A stretch of 64,000 nt of DNA from Octopus sinensis (taxonomy: Eukaryota), in the NCBI RefSeq assembly GCF_006345805.1, contig NW_021834346.1:1-64000 (forward strand), in the 5' to 3' direction. Of this stretch, positions 1-12,804 are shown in pieces; positions within the stretch are counted from its first letter, which is position 1, and each line of letters opens with the position of its first letter. The notes beneath the pieces were generated by a model. It was not told the DNA's origin, searched no databases, and saw nothing but the letters and a program-made list of their open reading frames with translations. A program made the translations under genes and the position numbers.

Positions 1-364
1 CATTTCGATAAATCTTTGACGAGAATATCCGAATTTTGTATTTATTTTGAGAAAATAAAATAGAAAGTGCAGGATACTAAAAATCAGCGACGTCGCTCCA
101 CAAAACAGAATATATTCTTTCCCATGTCTAATAAATCTGTCATTCAAGCTGGATGTAATTAATACTGAAACTGAAATGATCTAAAATGGAATTTTTTATT
201 TACAAATGTCCCGATTTGTATGAGAAAGGAAGAAGTCCTGATATGTCCGAGGTCACAACGATTTGGTGATCTTTGTTGTGTAGTAATCATTATCAGATAT
301 GAATATAAAATATATATTTGAGTTAATTAATATACTTAGGTAAAATCAAGTATAATAAATATAA

Positions 365-485
365 TAATTTATTCTATTTCTTCTTTTCATCAATTCTTTA
401 TTTTTTAATCTTTCGTTTATTTATTTTAAATAAATTTATTTTTTGAAGATTAATTAAATTGAGTATTTGTAAAATATCTTCACTA
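365..485 (+). repeat. Partial copy of an AT-rich dispersed repeat family
   Basis: Shares TTTGAAGATTAATTAAATTGA..T.GTAAAATATC with copies at 4075-4600, 22350-22750 and 58495-58790. Confidence 0.65.
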
Positions 486-719
486 TATTTATATTTTTAT
501 AGTATTTTTGATTATTTATTGAATTTTTTTGCTTTAGTCAAAAACTGAGTATTTTTGATCAAAAAATTAAGTACATATCGAATTTTGTAAATTAAAGTCT
601 TATTTTTTTAATGTAAATTATTTAGTTCGAATTGCTTAATTATAGTCAACTAAACTATCCTAATGGGTGTATTTGAATAGCTTTGCTTATATGTTATTTT
701 ATTTATTTTGATTTTTTTA

Positions 720-1230
720 ATCCAAAGACTACGGCAAAAACCGAACAAACGTCACGTGATCCCGATGGACTCAACCAGGGACCTCATCTTCGCTCAGTGA
801 TCTTTCCACCAGCCCACACAAGATCGAACCGGGCGGCTGACCGCATTTGTCGGGGCGTTTGGAAACAGACTGAGGTTCAGCTTGAGTAGTTGAAGATACC
901 CGTTAGAAACGTGATTCCTTCGACACCAAGATTTTTTAATAGAATGACCGGGATTTTGCCCGAGCTGTGAGAGTACGACGTTTTCGTGGAGTCAAAGTAT
1001 TCTCCACCTCTTTTACTGAGAGGAGGAGCGGATCCGCCCGTTTCTTTAGGCTTCTGTTTCAGGGAAGTGAATCCGATTTCCTGTGTTCCTTGTGTGCTGT
1101 TTTTGCGTATAATTTGATGAGGTTGTTTAGATCTTTTTGATCATATTCTTCAAAAGATTGGGCAGCGTCACCCCTGGCCACGTTCCGAATGGCTTTAAAT
1201 ACTTTACAAATTTGAATATTAATACAATAT
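720..1230 (-). mobile_element. Decayed LINE ORF2 3' end
   Basis: Minus-strand frames end ...AKMRSLVESIGIT*, like AKMRTLLREAGIT* at 8141-8389; several frameshifts and stops. Confidence 0.55.
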
Positions 1231-1571
1231 TGAATTTTTAACAATCACTTAATTTTGACCCGTGCATATGTTCCGGACCAGTGATTAACAGCATCAAAAA
1301 AAACAACTTTATTCAATAAAAATATCTTATTTAAAAACTAATTAATTTTACCTTTTTTATTCTTTAAAACATCGATCATCCTATTCGGAAGTGATTGATA
1401 AAGATTTTCTATATGAGCATTTTCTATTTCATCCCATTTTGTTTTTGTAATTCTCAAGAGTTACTGGAGATCTTCTGGTTCTTTTTCACCTATTCTTTGT
1501 ATAAGAATACACTGTCATAACACTGACAACTGTCAAAACACTAATAATCCACATTAATATAATAATGTTAG

Positions 1572-1990
1572 ATGTTTGTTAAAGTTGATGCAGAGTACAA
1601 TCTACTGAAATTTGTTCTTGAACGTCAAGACGCAGATATTTCGAAAGTTAAAAAATTCCGACTAAAAAAGAAAGCTGAAAATTTTATTCTTATTGACGGA
1701 AAGGTATATCTGCGAAATATTAATCGACTTCACAAGCTCATTATAGCTTTAAAAAGTTCAGAAGAAATGAAAATCATTGCTTAAGAAATCCACGAAACAA
1801 ACCATTGTGGGCATAATGCTCTGGATGGACTTTGCACTGTGTTTTTATACAATCAAACGCCTCATTCATACACAGGTAAATTTGTGCTTTTATTTTTTCG
1901 GTGGGTGTTAGTCCGTTTCAAAGATATCGAGGGATCCCGGGCTACAAAACCATTGAGAAAAATACTGTAACGGAGACAGACGGCGGCGAA
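1572..1990 (+). mobile_element. Internally deleted Ginger2-like integrase remnant
   Basis: Zinc-binding-type IHETNHCGHN and VSPFQRYRGIPG match the Ginger-like copies at 33-36 kb (SPFERYRGISG); catalytic core missing. Confidence 0.6.
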
Positions 1991-2426
1991 AAATTGGAAA
2001 GTGTGCATAATATTGCTGAATCAAAAGAGCCAGACGGTAAAGACATTCACGAAAAATGTAATAAAGCTTTATAATTTTACAAAAGGTGAGTACGAATTTG
2101 ATTTTCTTCGGGTAGATCTGACTTCTGTTTATTATGAAAGGATGAATAAAATGATGGGAATCCATCGATCGAACTATGGAATTGATCCTTTACTACGTCT
2201 GCAAAGGTTTGAGCATTTTTACAGAGATGCTGTCACTATTGTTGCAAAATTTTACAACAATTTTGTCAATGTTAAAAACATTGAAAGACTAGTAAGGAAG
2301 GTGCATTCTAAACACCTTAAAAAGATACTTAAAAATAATTAGTTAATGGTTTCTTTGAAAAATATTTGATTGTCTTATTTTTGACAAAAATTGGCATTGA
2401 TGGCAGCTTTCAGTCTGGACTCGGTT

Positions 2427-3173
2427 TCATTCTCGGCTCGCAACATAATGGTCGACGTCTACTAACTCTATAACGTCAGCCGTTATGGGATCGTCAACCA
2501 CATGCATGTTAACATCCGGAGGAACGTGCCAGCCACGAGTGCTAGGATGTGAATCGCTACGAGCTTCCTCGAATGAGTGGGAAGTGAAAGAGTTTCTAGA
2601 AAGAAAAAATCTAAAATCTTTACGAAAATTCGAACTTGAGCACCCTGAATGAGCGTGTGAATAGTTAATTTGTGTGGTCTTTGAGAGTCGAAAGTCCTCG
2701 ACAAAACATCTCTTGATTGTTTCATTGAAATTATAGTGGGTGCTGAAATGTTCACTAAGAAACATCCAAACAAGCATAGTGAGAGAATAGTGTCTGAGAA
2801 GCTCAATGGTATGATCCCAAGAGTTTTCATATGCTTGCAAACTATCATAAGTGGGAGTGATGTAACGATCCAAACAGTAAAGAAGTGCGAAATAGAGCAC
2901 ACAAATAACTAGGAAGGTTAAAAGACCAAACAAACCAATTCTTAAGAGCTTAAGAATAAGTGAGAAAAAAGACTCGGAAAGAAAGCTTGTTACATGGGTA
3001 GGAAAACTCAAAAAAAGAAACAAGATAGCTCTCACAAAATTTTAGGACAAAATGAAAAATGTGGCAAGAATGGGCTAAACAACGTTGAAAAAGAGAAACG
3101 CGACAAGCGACACGCTTGGGTATTCACACGGTAGGCCAGCCGTCCTCGCAGGCTACCTGAATAGGGCTGACAT
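2427..3173 (-). pseudogene. Intronless multi-transmembrane ORF of unknown family, 248 codons, interrupted by three TAR stops
   Basis: ATG at 3173 is in frame with ORF 2427-3035: MSALFR*PARTAGLPCEYPSVSLVAFLFFNVV*PILATFFILS*NFVRAILFLFLSF...; several hydrophobic segments; GC higher than flanks. Confidence 0.45.
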
Positions 3174-4074
3174 TATTTATGGGTTTTTCGCAATTTGTTT
3201 TCTTTCCAGGCGATTTGCACTCAGAATCTTTCCAGATTCTTTGTTATTGTTATTGACTTTGACTTTAGGAACCATAACAATGTTGAAACAATACACGAAA
3301 CGTACAATAACGAAAATTTATCCAATTGCCCGTCAATTGTGGTAATTATTATGATAACGAGGTTATAACTGTTAAAGTACTTTTCAAAATCTGTTAATTG
3401 CACACAATTCCAAATATGATAATAGCTTTAATTTTGATTCATGTTAGATAATGATATATTGGCATTAATTTTAAAGAGAAAATCTTAGGATGAAATGAAT
3501 TCCTTTATCGAAAATAATTAGGAGTTAATCATTGTTAATATTCTCGCTCGCGTATTTATCGAGGATATTCTTGATATGTAAGATTTTTGCCTGGAAGGTA
3601 TCAATGGACTTCTTGATGAGTATTAGAACATTCACGTTGTTTATTTTAACCAAAATACAGAAAATAATTTTTTGATTTTTCTGGCGGAAAGGTTTTAAGG
3701 ACCTCATCATTGAGGATATTCTATATATGTTAGTTTTTTTGTGGTAGATTTTTGTAGGATCTCATCATTTTGGGGTTGTTCCCCATTTTTGGCGAATTAT
3801 AAGAGGAAATATAAGTTACCTACTCCTACATTAAATACACCTACATTACTTACACTACTTACATTACCAGAGTTACCTACACGGTATACTGAAAGTACTG
3901 TAGTTATTGATTCCACTGATTTTGTCAGATCTTGCACGAGCAGCCTTTGTAAATGTGGACTTGGTAATGCCTAAAAATTTATTATGCTTAAAATGTAGAA
4001 AAGGCATTATGGAAGAATCAAAATCTAGCCTAGATGAATTCAAACAGGCTAAGGATAATAAATGTTATTTATTT

Positions 4075-4600
4075 TATTTTTTTAATTTTCTTAATTTTTG
4101 AATTAAATATGATATATTATTCACACGCTAAGCACGCTATATTCTTCTTGTGTTGTGGATTTCTGTTGTTAATTATTATTTTATTTTTTTGTACTTTAAT
4201 GTTTAATTTTTATAATATTTTCGTTTTTTATATGTTTGAAGATTAATTAAATTGACTACTGGTAAAGTAAAATATCTTGGATAAAGGTTTATTTTGCAAG
4301 TGAATTTGTATTCATTTTATCAATTAATTAATCTCCATTCATATGGATTTTTTAAATTCAATTTATTTATTTTGTTATTTTTATTTCAGTTATTTTGCAT
4401 TCTGTAAGTCCTTCCTTGGTTGCTCAGATTTATCGAACGATTATCTCATTTATTATTCGTTCCGAATTATTATCTACGCATTCGATTATTTTATTTGAAT
4501 TTTTTTATTTCGTAAATCTTTTATTCGTGTGTCAATCTCGAATCTTTTGTTTAAATTTACGTGTTTTCTTATTGTTTCAATACTAAACACATGTTGAACA
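4075..4600 (+). repeat. AT-rich dispersed repeat family, longest copy
   Basis: Aligns by eye over about 400 bp with 22350-22750 (e.g. CCTTGGTTGCTCAGATTTATCGAACGATTAT) and about 300 bp with 58495-58790. Confidence 0.85.
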
Positions 4601-4640
4601 CATGTCGTATATTTTATTTGTTTTTTAACTTGCATAGCAC

Positions 4641-4745
4641 ACCCAGCACAAACAGTCACAGCTAACTAATTGAATTTATTTATTTATAACCCCCAGGCTT
4701 GCACAACATGGCAAACCCAGCACAAACAGTCACAACTAACTAATT
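4641..4745 (+). repeat. 31-bp direct repeat pair
   Basis: ACCCAGCACAAACAGTCACARCTAACTAATT at 4641 and 4715. Confidence 0.85.
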
Positions 4746-4789
4746 AAATGAAGGAGCAAGGAACGAAGGGATTGCTTGTGCCGATCAAC

Positions 4790-5137
4790 ATTAGCCTCCA
4801 AATTTCATTACAGCCATCCGTCTCCAAAGAGAGGTGGGGAATTTCTGGTATGCCCAGTTCCCATTTGTCAGCCTCCTACCGTAGCTCACCGCACTTCATT
4901 TGAATCCGGACGGGTTTTTTGCATAATGGAGATTCTTCATCGGTAATGTAATCAGGGGAACGTAGGAGGTCCCCTTTCGACATCTGTGTCGTGCCAGATG
5001 GACTCGTCGCCTCACGGGTGGGGAACGTTGACAAGATTTGACCCGGGCTGAAAACTTGGTTCCATCGGATTCGAACCCACGACGTTTGAATTCCAACATC
5101 CATAGTCTTCAGCCACTTGGGCTTGAATGAAGAAGCC
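4790..5137 (-). mobile_element. tRNA-derived SINE, copy 1
   Basis: Minus-strand head has an A-box-like TGGCTGAAG and B-box GGTTCGAATCC, followed by an about 270-bp body repeated at 5163-5494. Confidence 0.75.
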
Positions 5138-5162
5138 AAGTAAAGAAGGAACTGTCTTTGCC

Positions 5163-5494
5163 ATTAGCCTCCAAATTTTCAATACAGCCTTCCGGATCCA
5201 AAGAGAGGTCGAGAATATCTGGTGTGCCCAGTTCAGCCTCCTACCGCCGCTCACTGCAGATAATTAATCTTCAAACAAATAAAAAACAAAAATATTCGAG
5301 ATTGACATAATGGAGATTTTTCATTGGTAATGTGATCAGGGGAAGGTAGGAGATCCCCTTTCTATATCTGTGTCGTGCCAGATGGACTTGTCGCCTCACG
5401 GGTGGGAACGATGACAAGACTTGACCTCAGCTGAAAACTTGCTTCCTTCGGAATTGAACCCACGACATTCATATTCCAACATCCATAGCGTAGT
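5163..5494 (-). mobile_element. tRNA-derived SINE, copy 2 (tandem, diverged)
   Basis: Direct repeat of 4790-5110 with B-box variant GGTTCAATTCC and a foreign patch at 5261-5307. Confidence 0.75.
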
Positions 5495-5799
5495 CTTTAG
5501 AAAAGAATTCGAAAAGAATGAACCTTAATGATGACTTAATTTTACTGCCGATTCTGGAGTTGTGGAAAAAGGCAACGTAACTTGTCTTAGTGGCTTATCA
5601 GACATTTTTTTATCATATTTGATTGGGATTTTTGGAGAATGCCGTTTCAATATCTGTCTCAAAGGAATTAATGTCGAACTCCATATGGTACAGTATTCTG
5701 ATTTTGATGTTTCTGTTGATGTAAATCCCGTTTACAAAGAATGTGTCAGATTCAAAGTACGGTTATATGAAACCTGAGATCCACTTGTTTTGATTTATA

Positions 5800-6200
5800 C
5801 ACCAGTTTTTGATGCAGTATGCTCTGTCTATTCCTTCAGGAGACATTAATATAAAGTATCTTTGTGGACATTCATATTCAATCTTGTTTACTCCTCAATG
5901 TGGATATTAATGTAGATTCATGTAGCTATAAGCTTTATTTCAGTTTCATTGTCCGACGTAATGTCAAGATTACAAATTCTAGGCAAAGAATTTGTCTAAA
6001 ATAATCCAAACTGAGTATAACAGTACTTGGGGAAGCTTTTCTGACAAGTCTACTACAATAAGTTCATCTATCCTGGAGTTCATTACCGAATGTAGCCATT
6101 GTGACTCTTCTTGAGAAAGTCGTTGGTTTTTAAATACTCTTTGTGTCGAGGTGGAAACATAAACTATTTAACAATTGGGAGTTTAAAATCACTCATGTCA
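5800..6200 (-). mobile_element. Ginger2-like integrase N-terminal remnant
   Basis: Frameshifted ...GVNKIEYECPQRYF matches HGGVNKIEYECRQRYF in the element at 34263-36113. Confidence 0.55.
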
Positions 6201-6411
6201 GATCTTTTTACGATTTAAAATACAATTTTTTCATTAATAGTAAATCTACTATACTTTTCATTGATTATTGTAAAATGCTAGATTTTAAACAAGTCTTTAT
6301 ATAGCCTGTCTAAAAAATCTTCCAAAAATTTATTTTTCAGTCATCTTTAGAAATTTGATACTCTGACAACTCATTCTGATAGGCCACGAACAAGTCACAA
6401 ATACTCTACAA

Positions 6412-7245
6412 CAGCGTTTCCCAACCTTCTTGTGCTCGCGTTACCTAAAACTAGGTTTTTTTCCTTGGCACTTAAAAATCAATATTCATAAAGATGTTTT
6501 TTTAATACATATATTCAAGAAACTTGACAAAAATTACCAAAAGTAATTGTAATAACTAATGAGACACTTGTGCTGTTTATGTGTGCACACAAAATTTCCA
6601 GACGGGGACGAATTTGCGACAAACAACGCGGAGGTCATCTTCAACTGATAACAACCTGTTTCTGGTTTTGTATTTTATGTCGACGAGACAAGAGAAAGCT
6701 GTTCACACTTATATGATGTTGAGAACTGAAGCAATATTTTGATTGTTTTTTCTAAAAATTGAAGGATAAGAATCTTTTATCAAAATTCAGAACTTATCTG
6801 TCGTCATTTCAGTAAATTTAATTTTTAATGTGCGGTCATATCGAAGCTGACAATCCAATTCTTCTAGATGAGATATAATACAATCACTAATATTCTTATC
6901 TTTGTATTTAATACCTTGTATGCTTTGCAATAATTTGAAAGAATTTTACTGCATACAATACACCTTGGTAGTGGCAATGCACAATCTCCATTCCATGTAA
7001 ATCCATAGTTCAAATATTTTTCAGAATAAATTCGTATTTTTTTGTTTTTGTTATTCGCCGAAGATTGAGGATGTGAACCACCAAAAAATTGCTCATAACT
7101 AACTATTTTAATTTTAAAAATTTTCAAGTTTTTTTAATTGAATTAAAATATTATTATACAACTATAAATAATTTTTAATTTTAAATATTAAAGATCTCGC
7201 GGCACCTAAAACCAGACCTCGCGGCACCCCGGTTGGGAATCGCTG
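6412..7245 (-). mobile_element. Non-autonomous Buster-type hAT element
   Basis: TIRs CAGCGTTTCCCAACC / GGTTGGGAATCGCTG; perfect 8-bp TSD CTCTACAA; same family as 29799-36262. Confidence 0.93.
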
Positions 7246-7379
7246 CTCTACAAGAAGAATTCAAAAAAACCAATTTATCACACTAAAAGTCATAATAATT
7301 TTATGTTTATCTAAATTAATTGCATATACAAAAATTAATTAAAATCAATATAAGGCACATTTGGAAAATGTTAGGAAGA

Positions 7380-7800
7380 CGTTCGCTTATATATTTGAAA
7401 ATTAAGAATCATCAGATATAATCTCCAGTTTATCCGCGTAAATCAACTCATAATATATTGTCATTTGATGGATGATCTGAAATCTCTGAGTGCAGCCTTA
7501 AGATAAATACTAAATAGAACAGGAGACAACGAATTCCGAGGAGTTTTAAAAAATTGAAGACGGCATTTTCGATTTTGACATCTAGCAGCAAGGAAATCAT
7601 TCAAACATTATCCGTGTCTAGAATTGTATTCAGAATGTTAATAAGTAGTCCCTTGTGTACAGAGTTGAATGCACGAATCGTGTCAATCCTTAGAACCTCT
7701 ATGCTTTTTTGTATTTCTAGCATATTGTGCCAGACCATCTGTGCGTCCATACTATGTCGGCGGTTGATCTTTTTTCCTTGAAACCGCTCCGTCTAGGTGA
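7380..7800 (-). mobile_element. Decayed LINE reverse transcriptase (RTE-like)
   Basis: Minus-strand motifs RSTADIVWT, RAFNSV, LSPVLFSIYL and YADK, with stops and frameshifts. Confidence 0.65.
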
Positions 7801-8140
7801 TAAGAATTTGTGACTCTCTATTTGATTCAATTTAATTCAATAATAAAGAGGGTTTTCCGTAACACCGATAATATAATTATTGGTCTTAGACTATTTGCGA
7901 GACCTCTAGGTTTCCCAGGTTTTGGTATTGGAATAAGCCATCATCTCTCAATTTCAAGATCGTTTTTGTCTTCAAAATCTTTATTGAGTATAATGGTGAT
8001 TATTTCACCCAATTCAGTTGGCAAATTTGAATTTTATAATTGGCAGATAAAAATAATTTTTCTTATTATTAAAGAATTTTATTTTGACTTTATTATTATT
8101 ATAAAACCAAGATCACCGTCCAAAAAATATAACTAATTAA

Positions 8141-8490
8141 TCAGGTGATCCCGGCTTCTCTAAGGAGGGTCCTCATCTTTGCCCGGTACTCCTCCCTAGT
8201 ACCGACACAATTTCTATGAGGGAGCAGTGGTGGAGTCTTAGGGCCTGTATGACCATGGTTCCTTCCCAAGATTTCTTTAAATGAGGCGATGGATAGGTGT
8301 TCATTCGGTCCTTGTAGTGCTTTCAGAAATCTTTCTGGAGTTTTTTTTCGATTTTTCACTGAGAAAATTTCCCCACGCCCCACAACCATAGCTAATGGAG
8401 GGTTCGATGTATTGCCGGTAGATTGATTGGCGTGTGGGGAAGCTGATCCACTTTGTAAGAGTTAAAAAATGTAACCAAATTTCCATTCAT
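8141..8490 (-). mobile_element. LINE ORF2 3' end
   Basis: YRQYIEPSISYGCGAW (post-RT motif) ... YRAKMRTLLREAGIT*. Confidence 0.7.
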
Positions 8491-8515
8491 ATCTCTTCAA
8501 TAAAAAAATAATAAT

Positions 8516-8785
8516 TGTCACAGGTCTGAAGGGACCCCCAGGCTTGAAGGGACCCACTTTGAATCAAAAAGGCACAAGTAATTAGCAGAAATAAATTATA
8601 AGTAAAAAATAGTTTATGAAATTAAAGCACTACTAATGTGATTATAATTGTACTAATTTAGAAATATTTTGGGGTCACGCAAGTATATACGATTGCTCCT
8701 TTTGGATATTTTTATTATTAAGTATATGAAATATTTTATTAGGGTAGGTCCCTTCAAGCCTGGGGGTCCTTTCAAGTTTTTGACA
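8516..8785. mobile_element. Ginger2-like MITE, 270 bp
   Basis: TGTCA...TGACA termini, about 40-bp imperfect TIRs (GAAGGGACCCCCAGGCTTGAAGGGACC) and 5-bp TSD ATAAT. Confidence 0.88.
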
Positions 8786-9699
8786 ATAATTAGTCCGATT
8801 TCCAAATATTGCAAATTCATACAAATTAGCCAAACAAGTTCGTAGAAATGAATCAAAACCAGAGAACACAATGGCAATGTTAGATCGGAAAATCTTTATT
8901 TTAATAACATAGTCATTATCTAAATAGTTTACAAAACAAATATTACGAGTTAAATTAAGACTGGAATTTGTTGTCCTTATTGTGTTCGAACCTAACAAAA
9001 TTCTATTCAGGTAGGGAGGATAGCGCACCGACTGTCGTTTAAGTTTAAAAATTTCAAAGCAAACTTAGAAAATTATAATCCATTATTTCAAAACCGCTAT
9101 GAATTCAAGACAGGAATAAAATAAGAATTTAAAAATAATTTTCTCAAGGAACTTTTAATTGTGTAATTTATCAGATAATTAAGACATAAAATTTTAACAA
9201 ATAGTTTTTCAGTAAATTAGTCACAGAAATCATAAAATTTATTAAATAGTTAATTAAATAAAAATCTTCGTTGTAATCAAAAGGATAGAAATGTAAATAC
9301 GTGAATCAGAATACGTGAATTTCATTGAGAAATTAAACCATCAAATAAAATACTATCCAAAGTGTCTTAAACCCGGTTACTCCACATAAGACTGTATGCA
9401 TTATATTCACCAACTTTTTGAGTTATTTAACATTGACAGACTAAAAAATACCATGGAATTATTTCAGCTCATTTACTGCATTTAATTCTGAAATTAACTA
9501 ATCAATTATCTAATCACTATTCTTCTTCCTTGCTTTTCAGTCTATATAAAAACATAATCAAGTCACCAATTATTGACCAAAAATTTGAAAATTTTTGGAG
9601 TTTTTTTATTAAAAATATTTCCCTCGTCATCAGATCTATCAACGTTTTTAGAAGGCTAATTTCACTAGGAGTTGAGAGTTTTTAGTATTTTTATTTATG

Positions 9700-10080
9700 T
9701 ACTTTTGCGATGCCATGGATCACGACAAAGCTTGTGCAGCATTGGAAACAATAAAAGTTATTAGTTCGGTCCATTTCTCTCTATCTTGGGAGACGTCTCG
9801 TAATAAGTCAAAATCGTCCCCGTTCTTTAAAATTTTCCCTACACTCCGAAGGTCTCTGTCCAGGGCGTCCACGAAAAAGAGAGCTGTTAGTTTAGAAATA
9901 GTTTTCCATAGCGGTGTTTACCAGTGCCATCAAATTTATTCTTGAGATGTCTCCAAATAGCCTTCATCATCATGCTGCAATTTCGAAAGAGATTGGTTTG
10001 CTTGATATCCTGATTTAAACTGTTTTAATGCTGAGCCTCGAATGCAATTTGGAAACTAAAGTAAGCCGAGGTTGGCCTCT
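9700..10080 (-). mobile_element. RTE-like LINE 3' remnant
   Basis: RGRP...DLLRDVSQDREKWTELI resembles the RTE C-terminus. Confidence 0.55.
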
Positions 10081-10374
10081 ATATATAGAAAAATCCTAGA
10101 TTGAAGTGAGAGTTAAAGAAATAAAATACGAAATATTTAAACGAATGAATAAACTTATTTAATGGTTTATAAAACGATCACCAACTTCCTTCGACTCTGT
10201 CTCGACAGCAAACATAGGGGCTCCCCTTTTCTTCAATAAAAAAGAGGCACTTCACTGTCAAAAGAAATCTTCGAAAAATTTTGATGCAGAAATTTTGCAA
10301 AAATTGGTCCAATTATCTTTATATATACAATTTTTTGTGTCTGTTCAACAGGCTTTTTGACTTAAGTTCTTTTA

Positions 10375-10720
10375 ATGGCCGACACGGATCAACAATGAGG
10401 CACTTTACTAAAAGTGCTTAGCGCGACCTGCGACCTGGGATGTGATGGAGCCCCGATGAAGACTATTTGGATAATCTGGATATGGAGGAATACTTTGCTG
10501 CAAGTGAATAAAAATATCGGGGGAGCCCGCGTATTACACAAACAGAGGTGCTATATGCAGATTTCAAATCAATTAACCGCAGGCTTAATTCAAATTAAGA
10601 TGGAGCTTTTTTGGCCTTGTTACGTTTAAAAAACCCAGCTCTCGCAAATATTGTAATGGATCATTTCTTTACATAAACAAATAAAGGATTCCGTGGAAGT
10701 CAAAGAGCGACATTGCTGAC
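10375..10720 (+). mobile_element. RTE-like LINE remnant
   Basis: WPTRINNEALY.KC...RLFG resembles the RTE post-RT region; decayed. Confidence 0.45.
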
Positions 10721-10739
10721 CATCTTGAATATATAGATA

Positions 10740-12724
10740 CAGTCAACCCTCTCTATAGTGAACCCTCTCAATAGTGAACAGGCCATATTAATGCAATCTA
10801 CAATAACAAATATTAGTAATTTTCATTAATATATTTATTATAAAATGAATACCACGTTTAAAAATGTATAATATCATTTATTTAAATATATTTGTGTTCA
10901 CTATTAAAGAATAGTGAACGTCAAATTCTTGTGAACATAAAAATATTAAATTTAATATTTTTACATATATATTTAAAATTCTTTAAAATGAATAAACTAC
11001 ACGTTTTACAGTTGTTAGCATGGTGGAAAATCGAAAACGCCTGTCATTTTTTCAAAAGAAGGAAATAATCAAATTTTATCATAAAAATAGACATTACACA
11101 CAGCGCGATTTATCCCTTTATTTCAATGTTTCTCTGGGCTGCATAAACAAAATTTTGAAAAATTCTGAAGGAATACTTAATGTTCAAGATGACCAAAAAA
11201 AGAAGAAAATTTACTTGCCCAAGTCTCAACCATTCGACAGAGATCTATTTGAATGGTTCGTTAAAAAACGATCATTTGGATTTACAATCAATGAATATCT
11301 TTTGAAGTCCATGTCTCTAAAAATGGCGAAAGTTTGTAATATTCAAGGATTTCAAGCATCAAATGGATGGCTTGAGAAATTTAAAAATCGATATTGCATT
11401 GCTTCCCGTGCTTTATGTGGGGAAAATCAATTTGTTGAAACCTCTGTGATTGAAAATTTTACAGAAAGCCTCAATAGAAAATTAGAACAATATTGTTCTA
11501 AAAATATTTTTAATTTGGACGAAACTGGATTGTTTTTTAAACTTTTGTCGAACAGAACATTAGCTGTTGACTCGGACAAAAATCTGTCTAATAAACCGAT
11601 AAAAGAAAGAGTAACTGTTATGTTTTGCGTTAGTATGATGGGAGAAAAACTTGACCCATTTGTTATTGGAAAAGCCAAAAATCCACGCTGCTTTAAAGGA
11701 AGAAGAAATTTAATTAATAATTTACAAGTGGAATACAAATCAAATAAAAAAGCATGGAAGACATGGTTATTTCTCAGAATGGCTCATAGATTTGAACAAA
11801 AAAATGATTTTGCAAAAAAGAAAAATTCTAATTCTACTTGATAATGCGACTGTACACTCACGTGATTTAGAGTTCAGTAACATCGAACTCTTTTTCCCCT
11901 CCAAATACAACATCGAAGTTACAACCCCTTGATCAAGGAATAATAAAATCATTCAAAGACAGGTATAGACAACTCCTATGTGCACACTTGATTGAATTTT
12001 ATACTAATGATGACAATGTAGATCACGAAAAAGTTACAGAAAAGTTGAAGAAATTCACTCTATTGAATTGCTTGATATTCATAAATCAAGCTTGGTTAGA
12101 AGTGTCAGAATTAACAATTACAAATTGTTTCAAGAAAGCATTTGAAAATGCGTTAATACAGAACCTGACAGAAATAGAAGAAATAGATGATGAAAATTTT
12201 TTGATTCATGAAAATGATCAATTTGACGACGAAAACTTTATACAAAACTTTGCGAGAAAACTAAAACAGCAAGACCAAGTTGAAGAGGAAAATGAAAAAA
12301 TTTATGTTCCGACACTATATGAAGCTAGTGAATATGCGAAGGCGCTTGAATTTTGGTTTCTTGAGAATGATTATGAACAAAGACGAAAAGTATACGAAAT
12401 ACAAAAAATTTTAAGAAATTATCAAACTAATCATTCTCAAAAAATCACCGATTACATGATTAAAATCTCTAAATAATCTTTGTAATTTTTTTTTTAATGA
12501 AATCAATGTAATTAAATGTGATAAAGTTAGTTAGAGGACTTCCCCGCTTCGTAAATGAGAGAAACAGTTACCTCGTACGATGGCAAGGGAAATCCTCAAG
12601 GAAATCTTTGTAATTATACTTTAATATTGTTTATTGTTATTTGGATTCTTTTTGTTCACTATAGACAATAGTGAACATGATGTTTTGACGTGGACATTTT
12701 GTTCATTATAGAGAGGGTTGACTG
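10740..12724 (+). mobile_element. Full-length Tigger/pogo DNA transposon with frameshifted transposase
   Basis: TIRs CAGTCAACCCTCTCTATA / TATAGAGAGGGTTGACTG and TA TSD. ORF 11020-12476 has CENP-B HTH (ASNGWLEKFKNR) and DDD motifs NLDETG, LLDNA, QPLDQG; frameshifts near 11760 and 11895. Confidence 0.95.
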
Positions 12725-12804
12725 TATATTAATGGTTCTACATCAATTAAAAATTTATTGTTAAAACCGAACAAGAATGATTAGAGTAATTATTGTTAGT
12801 AAGT

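Noticed and set aside
3500-3770. Internal repeat (AATATCCTC; ATGATGAG.TCCT) with splice-like signals
   Set aside because: No consistent spliced frame could be built.
5058-5137. Functional tRNA gene
   Set aside because: Acceptor and anticodon stems do not pair, and it runs into a repeated SINE body.
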